DNA of 49,633 nt from Chitinophagaceae bacterium. GTDB lineage: Bacteria > Bacteroidota > Bacteroidia > Chitinophagales > Chitinophagaceae. A program made the translations under genes and the position numbers. Under the pieces are notes generated by a model. It saw only the letters and a program-made list of their open reading frames with translations. It had not been told where the DNA came from and searched no databases. Of the stretch, positions 28,562-37,693 are shown piece by piece. Position 1 is the stretch's first letter. Every line of letters starts with the position of its first letter. The stretch lies in the NCBI GenBank assembly GCA_947456025.1, contig CANGQQ010000001.1, forward strand, positions 1-49,633, in the 5' to 3' direction.

Positions 28562-28870
28562 TTAATGCAAATATTGATTTAAGGATTGCCAAGCGCCTCC
28601 GTTGTATGCTTCTATCCCGGCTTTTTGAAGGATCCCGGCTGCCATGCTACTTCTCATTCCACTTGCACAACAAGTAATTACCGGCTTACCCTTGGTTTTT
28701 ATTTCGTTGATACGCTGTTGAATGCGATCAACCGGAATATTCATTGCTCCCTTCAAATGTCCGCCGTTGTATTCGCCGGAGGAACGTACGTCCAAAATAA
28801 TAGCACCTTGCTGGAGCAACTGTTTAAAATCGACCGATGGGCCGAACATTTTTTTGATGAATCCTATCAT
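28562..28870 (-). CDS. Single-domain rhodanese
   Basis: ILDVRS..EY..GH and CASGMRS active loop. Confidence 0.93.
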   Translation of the reverse strand: MIGFIKKMFGPSVDFKQLLQQGAIILDVRSSGEYNGGHLKGAMNIPVDRIQQRINEIKTKGKPVITCCASGMRSSMAAGILQKAGIEAYNGGAWQSLNQYLH

Positions 28871-28909
28871 GATTTTTTAATTTATACGAGTTAATAATTT
28901 TAATCTGGT

Positions 28910-30331
28910 TTATAAAAGAGAGGTTGGACAAACATAATCGGTCAAACGAAACTTACCCGATTCCTTGATGGCCTTAAATCCGCCCCGCACATCAATCAAA
29001 TGATCAAAACCGCGGGCCTTGAGTATGGAAATAAAGATCATGGATCTATAGCCGCCGGCACAATGAACATAAGCTGTTTTTCCTTTACCTGTAGGTATCA
29101 GTCCATCATTGATATGATCCAGAGGAATATTTTCAGCGATCATCATGTGTTCGCTGTCGTACTCGCTTTTTTTGCGTACATCAATGATCGTTATACCCTG
29201 ATCTTGATCGAGTACTTCTGCCAATTGCTCGGCGGAAATCCGTTGAATGCGATCCACTTCTTTACCCGCATGAACCCAGGCTGCAAATCCGCCCTTCAAA
29301 AAACCGATGGAGCGATCATATCCCACTCTTGCCAACCGTGTAACAACTTCTTCCTCTTTGCCTTCGTCGGTAATAAGAAGAATTTCCTGCTGAATATCCG
29401 GAATCAAGGCTCCAACCCATGGAGCAAAATTTCCATTAATGCCGATATTGATGGCATTCGGAATAAATCCATTCGAAAACTGTTCCGCATCACGTGTATC
29501 CAAAATCAAAGCTCCTGTTTCGTTGGCAGCTGCTTCAAATGCTTCCGGAGTCAGCGACTGTGTACCGCGCTTAAGCACAGTTTCAATATTCTCATAACCC
29601 TTGATATTCATCAATACATTCAAAGGAAAATACTTTGGCGGCTCGGTTAAGCCTGTAAGAACTTCCTTAATAAAATCATCCTTGGACAGTTCTTTGCGCA
29701 AAGCATAATTCGTTGCTTTTTGGTTGCCCAGCTGATCGGACGTTTCCTTACTCATATTTTTACCGCAAGCACTACCTGCACCGTGTGCAGGGTACACAAT
29801 AACATCATCAGGCAAGGTCATAATTTTTGTACGCAGAGAATCATAGAGATAGCCTGCCAATTTTTCCTGTGTAAGATCTGAAGCAACCTTTTGAGCCAGA
29901 TCCGGCCGACCTACATCGCCAATAAACAAGGTGTCACCGGTAAACAAGGCCACTTCTTTGCCATGCTCGTCATTTAATAAATAGCAGGAGGACTCCATGG
30001 TATGACCGGGCGTATGCAATACACGGAATGAAATCTTTCCTAGACGAATCACCTCTCCATCCCGGGCAATATGCGCATCAAAACCGGGATTGGCGGTAGG
30101 TCCATAAACAATTGTTGCACCGGTATCTCTTGCCAGATCGATATGACCACTTACAAAATCGGCATGAAAATGGGTTTCAAAAACATATTTGATCCGGGCA
30201 TTTCTACGTTTCGCCTTTTCGATATAAGGTTTAATTTCACGAAGCGGATCAATCACTACAGCCTCTCCATCACTTTCAATGTAATACGCTCCTTGAGCTA
30301 AACATCCTGTATAAATTTGTTCGATTATCAT
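28910..30331 (-). CDS. Persulfide dioxygenase (MBL fold) fused to tandem rhodanese domains (CstB-like)
   Basis: ETHFHADFVSG, HTPGHT, FTGDTLF, PAHGAGSACG, and C-terminal HCAGGYRS. Confidence 0.92.
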   Translation of the reverse strand: MIIEQIYTGCLAQGAYYIESDGEAVVIDPLREIKPYIEKAKRRNARIKYVFETHFHADFVSGHIDLARDTGATIVYGPTANPGFDAHIARDGEVIRLGKISFRVLHTPGHTMESSCYLLNDEHGKEVALFTGDTLFIGDVGRPDLAQKVASDLTQEKLAGYLYDSLRTKIMTLPDDVIVYPAHGAGSACGKNMSKETSDQLGNQKATNYALRKELSKDDFIKEVLTGLTEPPKYFPLNVLMNIKGYENIETVLKRGTQSLTPEAFEAAANETGALILDTRDAEQFSNGFIPNAINIGINGNFAPWVGALIPDIQQEILLITDEGKEEEVVTRLARVGYDRSIGFLKGGFAAWVHAGKEVDRIQRISAEQLAEVLDQDQGITIIDVRKKSEYDSEHMMIAENIPLDHINDGLIPTGKGKTAYVHCAGGYRSMIFISILKARGFDHLIDVRGGFKAIKESGKFRLTDYVCPTSLL

Positions 30332-30386
30332 ATCTGTTAATTTTTATTGATCAGTTGCAAAATTCTTTGATCCTACAAACACGACC

Positions 30387-30402
30387 TATGACTTTTGTCA
30401 CA
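30387..30402 (-). promoter_or_regulatory. CRP-like box upstream of the persulfide dioxygenase operon
   Basis: TGTGA-caaaag-TCATA. The 14-bp core lies 22 nt from GAATTTTG (30358-30365). Confidence 0.65.
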
Positions 30403-30421
30403 ATAGCCGAAGTGTTCAGGA

Positions 30422-31222
30422 TCAGGAAGGAAAAACAAGCTCTTTGATTAGTATCGCAACACTCATGAGCAGTACAAACCAACCAAAAAGAATCTTGAGT
30501 AAACGATTGTTGATTTTTTTTGAGAAAAATACACCGGCCAGAACACCTGCAATTGCTAATGCTGTTGAAATCAACAGTAAGTTCCAATTAAATTCCGTCT
30601 GTTTCATGCTGAATAAAAAGCCAAAGAGTGAGTTGATCGCAATGATGTGCAAGGAAGTTCCGATTGCTTTTCGCATAGGGATCTTCAACAACAAAACCAG
30701 CGCAGGAATAATCATAAAACCGCCGCCCGCACCCAGCAATCCGGTTACGAATCCAACAACCAATCCCGGTATCAACAAAAGCAAAGGACGGTGTATTGTG
30801 TCTTCATTGTCGGAAATTTCCGGGTCTTTTTGAGGTCGCATCATAAAAAAAGCAGACACAAACATCAACAAGGCAAATACCAACATTAGAAATGTGCCTT
30901 TCGCCACAGCGTGGGTTCCGATCGAAAAAACAACATCCGGCAGTTCGGGCAATACAAAATGGCGCGCAATAAAGATGGAGAATATAGACGGGATACCGAA
31001 TAAGGATACGGCCTTGAAGTCAACCTGACGAAACATATATGCCCGCACCCCTCCAACAAGACTTGTTGCTCCAACAATGAACAAAGAGTAAGTTGTTGCT
31101 AATACAGGTTCAATTCCGAACAGATACACCAAAACCGGAACAGTTAAAATGGAACCGCCGCCCCCGGTCAAACCAAGCGACAAGCCTATCAATAACGCTG
31201 CCAGATATCCTGCAATTTCCAT
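30422..31222 (-). CDS. Sulfite exporter TauE/SafE family
   Basis: LGLTGGGGSILTVP and GLLGAGGGFMIIP repeats, AIGTSL. Confidence 0.93.
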   Translation of the reverse strand: MEIAGYLAALLIGLSLGLTGGGGSILTVPVLVYLFGIEPVLATTYSLFIVGATSLVGGVRAYMFRQVDFKAVSLFGIPSIFSIFIARHFVLPELPDVVFSIGTHAVAKGTFLMLVFALLMFVSAFFMMRPQKDPEISDNEDTIHRPLLLLIPGLVVGFVTGLLGAGGGFMIIPALVLLLKIPMRKAIGTSLHIIAINSLFGFLFSMKQTEFNWNLLLISTALAIAGVLAGVFFSKKINNRLLKILFGWFVLLMSVAILIKELVFPS

Positions 31223-31255
31223 GTTGCAAAGATGAATGACAGAGACCACTTGTTA

Positions 31256-31271
31256 AGTGATTCAAATCACA
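31256..31271 (-). promoter_or_regulatory. CRP-like box upstream of tauE
   Basis: TGTGA-tttgaa-TCACT. The 14-bp core lies 22 nt from CATCTTTG (31227-31234). Confidence 0.7.
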
Positions 31272-31281
31272 TACAAATCAA

Positions 31282-31929
31282 TCAAAGCTTCAGAATCTCA
31301 ATTGCATTGCGATGCAATTTTAGAGTGCCACGTTGCTCCATTTTTTTCAAAAGACGGGAAACCACTTCACGGGAAGTATTCAGTTCTGTGGCAATTTGCT
31401 GATGACTGATTTCAATTTTATTGGTATGTTCTGCCTCTTTTGCACGTTTCAGATAAAACTCCAGACGCTCATCCATGCTGCGGAAAGCCACATCATCGAG
31501 CGTTGAAAGCAACTCATCAAACCGTGCGCGGTATGTTTCGATGACAAACTGATACCAACTTTTGTATTGATGCACCCATTGAGCCATAACTTCAACCGGA
31601 ACAAGCATCACCTCCGTTTCAGAGACCGTGCGGGCCATAACCGGACTTGGATCTTGTCGGGCTGCGCAGACCATTGACAAAGCGCAGGCTTCGCCGGGAT
31701 GCAAATAATACATCAGGAACTCATTACCCTCCTCATCCTCCCGATACACTTTTACCAATCCGCTCAGTACCAACATCGTACTCCGGATAAATTGTCCTTT
31801 GCGCATCAAAGTGGCGCCGGCTTCATAGGTACGGCGCTCTCCCACCATTTCAATTTCATGAATCAAGGATGGCTCAAAGAGGGGAAATTGATTGTGTAAA
31901 GTCTGTTCCGACGAAGACGGCTCATGCAT
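31282..31929 (-). CDS. Crp/Fnr family transcriptional regulator
   Basis: cNMP-fold VLSGLVKVY..GEACALSMVC and HTH SHQQIATELNTSREVVSRLL. Start moved to the ATG at 31929. Confidence 0.93.
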   Translation of the reverse strand: MHEPSSSEQTLHNQFPLFEPSLIHEIEMVGERRTYEAGATLMRKGQFIRSTMLVLSGLVKVYREDEEGNEFLMYYLHPGEACALSMVCAARQDPSPVMARTVSETEVMLVPVEVMAQWVHQYKSWYQFVIETYRARFDELLSTLDDVAFRSMDERLEFYLKRAKEAEHTNKIEISHQQIATELNTSREVVSRLLKKMEQRGTLKLHRNAIEILKL

Positions 31930-32049
31930 AACATCCAAATTAATATTTAAAAGATTTACAAAATAAAAGAAATAAACCCTGTAGCGACGAAACAATCTTT
32001 TTGAAATTCCTGCCGCCTCCAATTCCTTTATAAAATATATTTGAAGTCT

Positions 32050-32655
32050 ATGTCTCCGCTTTTTGCATCCTATCAGGATCAATTGATTGAAGCCGGCTGC
32101 GATGAAGCCGGCAGAGGTTGTTATGCAGGTCCGGTATTTGCAGCTGCGGTCATCCTTCCGCCGGAATTTTATCATCCGCTTTTAAACGATTCGAAACAGG
32201 TGAAAGAACAACAACGGATCGAATTAAAATCTATCATTGAAGAAAAGGCCCTCGCCTACGCGGTGGCTCAGGTAGATGTAGCTGAAATTGACCGCATCAA
32301 TATTTTAAAAGCCTCCATCAAAGCGATGCACTTAGCGATTGATCGCTTGAAGACAAAACCACAACTCTTGTTAATAGACGGAAACCGCTTTCTGAAATAC
32401 AAGAACATCCCGCATCAATGCTTTGTAAAAGGCGATGGCCGATTCGCGTCAATAGCGGCAGCCAGTATTCTGGCAAAAACCTACAGGGATGCCTATATGC
32501 AGGAATTACATTATGCATATCCTCAATACAAATGGGACAAAAACAAAGGCTATGGGACACTAGACCACAGAAATGCCATAACCATCCACGGACTCTGCGA
32601 CCACCACAGAAAGTCGTTTAATATCAATCCTCAAAGCGAAGCGCTTTTTAAATAA
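32050..32655 (+). CDS. rnhB: Ribonuclease HII
   Basis: GCDEAGRG, LNDSK, IDGN, KGD..SIAAASILAK, NKGYGT motifs. Confidence 0.97.
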   Translation: MSPLFASYQDQLIEAGCDEAGRGCYAGPVFAAAVILPPEFYHPLLNDSKQVKEQQRIELKSIIEEKALAYAVAQVDVAEIDRINILKASIKAMHLAIDRLKTKPQLLLIDGNRFLKYKNIPHQCFVKGDGRFASIAAASILAKTYRDAYMQELHYAYPQYKWDKNKGYGTLDHRNAITIHGLCDHHRKSFNINPQSEALFK

Positions 32656-32810
32656 AACAAGAATCTATTCAAACCACGAAACGGCAATTCTTCTTTATGA
32701 GCATACTGCAAGCGACCCCATTTCATCTAGCAACACAAATAATTTGAGATCGATAAAGTAACCGAACAACTACTACAAAGCACATTCCAGATCATGCGAC
32801 CTGCATGAAC

Positions 32811-32840
32811 AGAAAAGCCCCGCTATGAGCGGGGCTTTTT
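32811..32840. terminator. Bidirectional intrinsic terminator
   Basis: aaaagccccgct-atg-agcggggctttt with T runs on both strands. Confidence 0.9.
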
Positions 32841-32923
32841 ATTGGGCTTCAATTTTTTTGTTGTTTCTTATAGTCCGTTTTCTAATGGTACAGAAGCCGA
32901 TTGGTTTTCATTGGATTGGGTTT

Positions 32924-33034
32924 TCGGTTGGTTTCAGAGATATTGGTTTTAGTGTTCTTCAACAATTCGGTCTTTTAATAGATATTGGATCTTGGTTTTT
33001 GTCAGGTTCAACTTGGCTTTTTAAGGGATATTGT
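32924..33034. repeat. Three degenerate ~45-bp-spaced units ending GATATTG
   Basis: GATATTG at 32939, 32981 and 33027, each preceded by t(t/c)gg(t/c)...tt(c/t)a. Confidence 0.7.
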
Positions 33035-33237
33035 TTTCGGTTTTTGTTGGGATTTTGGATTTTCTTTTTTGGTTACGTTTTCGTTTCTGATGTAATATTA
33101 GCCCGCATTTTCAAGCTATTCAAAGAATTTCAGCTCTCGTTTCAGGAATTCAGCAGTTCTATAAGGTTCCGGTAAGGGTTTGCCCTTAATTAGGGCACGA
33201 TACAAATGAATGGAGTCCGTTTTTTGACACACCCGAA

Positions 33238-34926
33238 TCAGGGTTTAGGAATAACATCAGAATCTTCTTCGAAAAAAGAAGGGCTACCCTTGAGTTGAAT
33301 CCGGGTGCCAATAGACAATGCCAACCCTGTTTTACTGAAATCCCATTCTTTACGAACCCCCTTAAATGGAATTGTAAAATTATAAACACAAGAAGCTTCT
33401 TCACTCCGATCCTGTGTAGTAGCGGCCCATAACACGTACGTATACCTTTTATCTGATCCCAGAAATGCAGCACCTCTTACTTGTTTTGGCAATTGAAGTT
33501 TTCGTGTTCGTTCAGCATCAAACATCTTTCCATACAACAGATCAGATATTGTTCGAACAGCAAACCATTGGTTTGTCTTGCGCAACCCTGTCTGCAAAAC
33601 CTGCGGATTCGACAGATCTTCATACAAGCCCATCTTATTGAAAACAGCATTCTTATCTGCCCCATCCCCCAACCCGTATTTATATGTTTGCAGGATGCCG
33701 GACACCTGCGACAACACATGGCACTTAATGATAAAATTGGACGCCGCTACTTCGTCCCCCCAGATTTGATGGACCTGCTCACGTGCAAGATCCACTTCGG
33801 TTACAATGAATTTTTTAAGCGGATAGCGCCGTCCATCATAGTCAAAACGAAGCAATACATTGGACAATTTATCTTTATATGCCAAATGAATATCAACCAT
33901 AGCATCGGAATGACGTTGATAAATGCGTGAACCGGACGTTGAACTGCCGGTTACTGCTTGGTAATGCGGATAGTCGTGGTAGGAAACTACATCAAAATAA
34001 GCACCGCCCTTCAGCGGATAAGATGGATTGACCGATCCGTCAACAGGATTATCAGTATTACGTAACAAAACATCCAGAAAAGAGGGATAACCAATGCCAC
34101 CTGTGCATACATAAGAATCCGGACACAGTGTTTTAATGACTTCCCATGAAATTCGCAGCATCCGAACGTAGTAGTAAACCGGAGCATTGAGATTACTAAG
34201 ATCACAGGGCTGCGGATTCACATTCCACCAGGAGTTGGAGGACTTCTCATTTTTCCAACCGGCAGACGCATGGGTAAAATCAGGTTCATTCATCACTTCC
34301 CAAAATTTTACATACGAACCATAAATGCTCACCGCCTTGAATAAATAAGCGGCATACGTGTTAGCTGGATTGATCATTCGCTTTCTCTTGTCGATCCAGA
34401 TCGGCTCATACAATCCCTTGAACAATTTTGCTTTTTTACTGCACCCATCAAACAACGTATCCCACAAATGAAAGGGGCCTTTGTTGCGATAACGGATGCT
34501 ATCATTCGGTTCCCCTACAAACACTGTCATGTCTTGCATCTGCAGCCGATCACGATACACCTGAAACTCATGCAATCGTGCTTCCTGACCAAAACCTGAA
34601 ATGAGTCGATCTGGAAGTGAAAGTCGAATGGTACGACTACCGGCAGCAAAAGCCAACTCAGCGACTTGTACATCAGAGAGATGCCGACCGAAATAACCCA
34701 TATTGGAACCATAAGCATAGTATCCTTCGTAAAGAAGAGTGCTCTTAAAATCGTTGGCTGTACCGGAATCATAACCCGCAAGATCGCCGGGAATAATACG
34801 TTGATTAAAGGAGGAACTCGACAACGATTGAATAAAACGACGACTCTGGAGTCTATCTGAAAAAACAATAAATAAGAAGATTGTGGCTAATAACAAACCA
34901 CTCAACAACCAGTAAATTCGTTTCAT
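33238..34926 (-). CDS. Membrane-anchored glycoside hydrolase-like protein (clan GH-A)
   Basis: N-terminal TM helix, WEVMNEPD acid/base motif, DVVSYHDY, and FIVTEVD nucleophile-like motif. Confidence 0.7.
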   Translation of the reverse strand: MKRIYWLLSGLLLATIFLFIVFSDRLQSRRFIQSLSSSSFNQRIIPGDLAGYDSGTANDFKSTLLYEGYYAYGSNMGYFGRHLSDVQVAELAFAAGSRTIRLSLPDRLISGFGQEARLHEFQVYRDRLQMQDMTVFVGEPNDSIRYRNKGPFHLWDTLFDGCSKKAKLFKGLYEPIWIDKRKRMINPANTYAAYLFKAVSIYGSYVKFWEVMNEPDFTHASAGWKNEKSSNSWWNVNPQPCDLSNLNAPVYYYVRMLRISWEVIKTLCPDSYVCTGGIGYPSFLDVLLRNTDNPVDGSVNPSYPLKGGAYFDVVSYHDYPHYQAVTGSSTSGSRIYQRHSDAMVDIHLAYKDKLSNVLLRFDYDGRRYPLKKFIVTEVDLAREQVHQIWGDEVAASNFIIKCHVLSQVSGILQTYKYGLGDGADKNAVFNKMGLYEDLSNPQVLQTGLRKTNQWFAVRTISDLLYGKMFDAERTRKLQLPKQVRGAAFLGSDKRYTYVLWAATTQDRSEEASCVYNFTIPFKGVRKEWDFSKTGLALSIGTRIQLKGSPSFFEEDSDVIPKP

Positions 34927-35063
34927 ATGCATTTGAGGTAAGAGCAAACAAGCTTTCTTTCAAAAGTAATCATAGCAGAAGGAAGTACACAACTGCAAAT
35001 GAAATATTTATCAAAGACATTATCTTTATTGCACATCCGAAAGTCACTTAAACAACGTACTAA

Positions 35064-36896
35064 ATGGTATCAGTATTTAAATCAGTTCTCGTGGGATCAG
35101 CCTTACTGATATCGATTGGTTATTTTGTTTTGTATGGCAGAGAATGGAATTCGTTTCAATCAGATGCACTGAGTTATCACACCTATTTAACAGCGACTTT
35201 TATTTATCATAACCACCACAAGATCGATTCGGTTGCACCGGACAGGGAGATTCCGCCAAAAATAGCAGCCGACATCAAGGCTTTCGGAAATTTTCCTCCA
35301 ACACCCAAAGGTTATCACATCATCCCCTATTCTTATGGAACAGCATTGATGGAATTGCCCTTTTTTTTAATTGCTCACAGCTATGAACGACTGAGCGGAA
35401 AAAAAGCGAACGGTTATACCGCACCCTACAATTATATGCGAAAGGCCGCAAGTATTTTTTATGCCCTCCTTGGCTTGCTCCTGATCTACAAGATGCTGGC
35501 TCGCTACTTCTCAACGGACCTCAGTCTGTTTACAACCATTACAATGCTGCTCGGAACCAATGTATTCTGGTTTACATTGAAACAATCGGGCATGTCACAT
35601 ATTCCTTTGTTTTTTTTAAATGCAGTGCTCTTGTATGCCACGATTCGCATGTACGAAATTGGAACATGGTCTTATTTTGCAATGACCGGATTGGCATTAG
35701 GGATGATCGTTGCAACCCGACCGCCGGATGGCATCATGCTATTGATTCCCTTGTGCTATGGCATCATATCTAAAAAACACATTCTACAAAGAATACAATG
35801 GATAAACCGTCATAAAAAAAATATTTTCGTTGCTATTGGATGCTTTTTATCGGTACTCATTCCGCAAATGTTATATTGGAAAATTTTTGCCGGCACTTAT
35901 CTTTTTAACAGCTACATCAATCAAACGTTTGATTGGCTCAACCCCCAAATTGTGAAAGGGCTGTTTTCCGCTCAAAATGGATGGCTTTTTTATACCCCTG
36001 TGATGCTGTTTGCCATTTTGGGCATGTTCCTTGCCAAAAAAATCGAACCCTTCCGGACGGCCCTCTACATTCTTGTCCCGCTCTATATCTATATTATTTA
36101 TTCCTGGTGGTGCTGGTATTACACAGGAGGTCTGGGCTCAAGGCCGATGATCCACTTGTACCCGTTGTTATCCCTGCCATTAGCGGGAATACTGCAATAC
36201 TTTTCTGAAAAAAGATTTAAAATTCGGTTGGCCGTATATGCAGTGCTGTTTTTTTGTATAACCGTAAATCTCTGCCATAGTGTTCATGCTGCAGAAAAAA
36301 AACTTTGGAGCCAGGATGCAAATCCATCTTTTGTTGTTGGCACCCTATTCAAAAAGAACATCAGCTACAACGATCTGGTTTTGTTCGATACAGAAAATTG
36401 GCAGCCTAAAGAAAAAGATTTATCTGCACTAAAAAATGAAACCTGTATACTACCGCATGATCTAAGCTCTATTGCAAATACCTATTGGACAACACCTCAG
36501 ATGGATCCGTTTCCAAAACCAATTTGCACCGTCACAATTTCTGAAAACCACAACAACATGCAATGGATCAAAGCAGAAGCGGTTTTGGCATCTCCTGAAA
36601 AGATAACGGATCTTTACTTACAACACAGACTGGTAGTGGATGTCATGCGTGGCAACCGAAAATTATTCACAAGCAGTATTCGCATCAATAACAAACTGGG
36701 TCATGAACTCATTCCAGGCACTCATTTGAACTTAATGCAGTTTAAAACAAACACCTGGAGCACCTTGTCTTTTTTTGTCCCGGTTACGCACCGTTTAAAT
36801 CAAGGCGATGTAATTCAATTGTACATCTGGAACCTTCCTTTACAAAAATTATACGTCAAAAGACTCTGTCTTCAGCTTTTCACCAAACGAACGTAG
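35064..36896 (+). CDS. GT-C superfamily (PMT/GT39-like) membrane glycosyltransferase
   Basis: SDALSY first-loop Asp, about 10 TM helices, TRP, GWLFYTP, GGLGSR motifs and a soluble C-terminal domain. Confidence 0.7.
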   Translation: MVSVFKSVLVGSALLISIGYFVLYGREWNSFQSDALSYHTYLTATFIYHNHHKIDSVAPDREIPPKIAADIKAFGNFPPTPKGYHIIPYSYGTALMELPFFLIAHSYERLSGKKANGYTAPYNYMRKAASIFYALLGLLLIYKMLARYFSTDLSLFTTITMLLGTNVFWFTLKQSGMSHIPLFFLNAVLLYATIRMYEIGTWSYFAMTGLALGMIVATRPPDGIMLLIPLCYGIISKKHILQRIQWINRHKKNIFVAIGCFLSVLIPQMLYWKIFAGTYLFNSYINQTFDWLNPQIVKGLFSAQNGWLFYTPVMLFAILGMFLAKKIEPFRTALYILVPLYIYIIYSWWCWYYTGGLGSRPMIHLYPLLSLPLAGILQYFSEKRFKIRLAVYAVLFFCITVNLCHSVHAAEKKLWSQDANPSFVVGTLFKKNISYNDLVLFDTENWQPKEKDLSALKNETCILPHDLSSIANTYWTTPQMDPFPKPICTVTISENHNNMQWIKAEAVLASPEKITDLYLQHRLVVDVMRGNRKLFTSSIRINNKLGHELIPGTHLNLMQFKTNTWSTLSFFVPVTHRLNQGDVIQLYIWNLPLQKLYVKRLCLQLFTKRT

Positions 36897-37084
36897 CCGG
36901 GTTGTACCAACCATTGAACGAATACACGAAGGGAATACCGGCAAAACGACCCGATCAAGCAGGATCTGCAAATCCGTTTCCGGCACATCAAAAGCATCAG
37001 AAAGTAAAATCAGGCTATTCCTTCAATTGGGCCTTAACGCAACGTTCCGTCATTTATACTAATTTTGGGCCTTACAGTTCACGT

Positions 37085-37654
37085 ATGTTTAAAGAAAAGT
37101 TGATCATCATAACAGCTCCGTCAGGCGCCGGAAAAACATCGATTTCGAAACACTTGATGGCATCCTTTCCACAGTTGGCCTTTTCTGTTTCTGCTGCAAC
37201 AAGGCCGCCCCGCGCCAACGAAAAAGATGGTGTAGATTATTATTTTATCAGCGCTGAACAGTTTCAGGAAAAAATCAGAGAGGAAGCTTTTATCGAATGG
37301 GAAATGGTTTACGAAGGGAAATATTACGGCACTTTAAAAAGTGAGGTCAACCGAATCTGGAACAATCAACAGGTTCCGGTATTAGACATTGATGTAAAAG
37401 GGGCTTTGCATGTCCGCGATCTGTATCCCGGTCAAACACTTTCAGTTTTTATAGAACCGCCTTCTTTGGAAGCGTTACGAAACCGCTTACAGAGCCGAGG
37501 TACCGAAACGGAAGCATCGCTCAATACCCGATTGAATAAAGCGGCCTATGAAATTTCGTTCAAACATGAATTTGACCATGTTATTCTAAACGACAAGCTG
37601 GAAACAGCATGTGCATTGGCCAAGGAGATCGTTTCGGCTTTTTTGAACGATTAA
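37085..37654 (+). CDS. gmk: Guanylate kinase
   Basis: APSGAGKT, SAATRPPR..E.DGVDYYF, YYGT, DIDVKG motifs. Confidence 0.97.
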   Translation: MFKEKLIIITAPSGAGKTSISKHLMASFPQLAFSVSAATRPPRANEKDGVDYYFISAEQFQEKIREEAFIEWEMVYEGKYYGTLKSEVNRIWNNQQVPVLDIDVKGALHVRDLYPGQTLSVFIEPPSLEALRNRLQSRGTETEASLNTRLNKAAYEISFKHEFDHVILNDKLETACALAKEIVSAFLND

Positions 37655-37693
37655 CAATTGGCGATTCCTCTTAAAAACATTAGTTTTAACAAT

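Larger units (their letters stand above)
32811..33088 (-). ncRNA. Candidate A/C-rich repeat-containing ncRNA (~280 nt)
   Basis: Bounded by a TAATATTA-catca promoter-like box (33093-33100) and a terminator. By hand count the - strand is ~50% A and ~11% G, with 15 CC(A/G)A motifs and 3 CAATATC units. It has no long ORF on the - strand. Confidence 0.5.

Noticed and set aside
22200-31950. Sulfur cluster as a mobile element
   Set aside because: I found no integrase, transposase, tRNA target or terminal repeats. Horizontal origin is possible but not shown.
32924-33072. CRISPR array interpretation of the repeats
   Set aside because: The units are short and degenerate, with no identical 23-47-bp repeats, no unique spacers and no cas genes.
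32825-33175. 116-aa Phe/Gly-rich ORF on the + strand
   Set aside because: Its ATG is the loop of a terminator hairpin. The open frame is explained by the T/G-rich repeat composition, so it is more likely the antisense shadow of the repeat tract.
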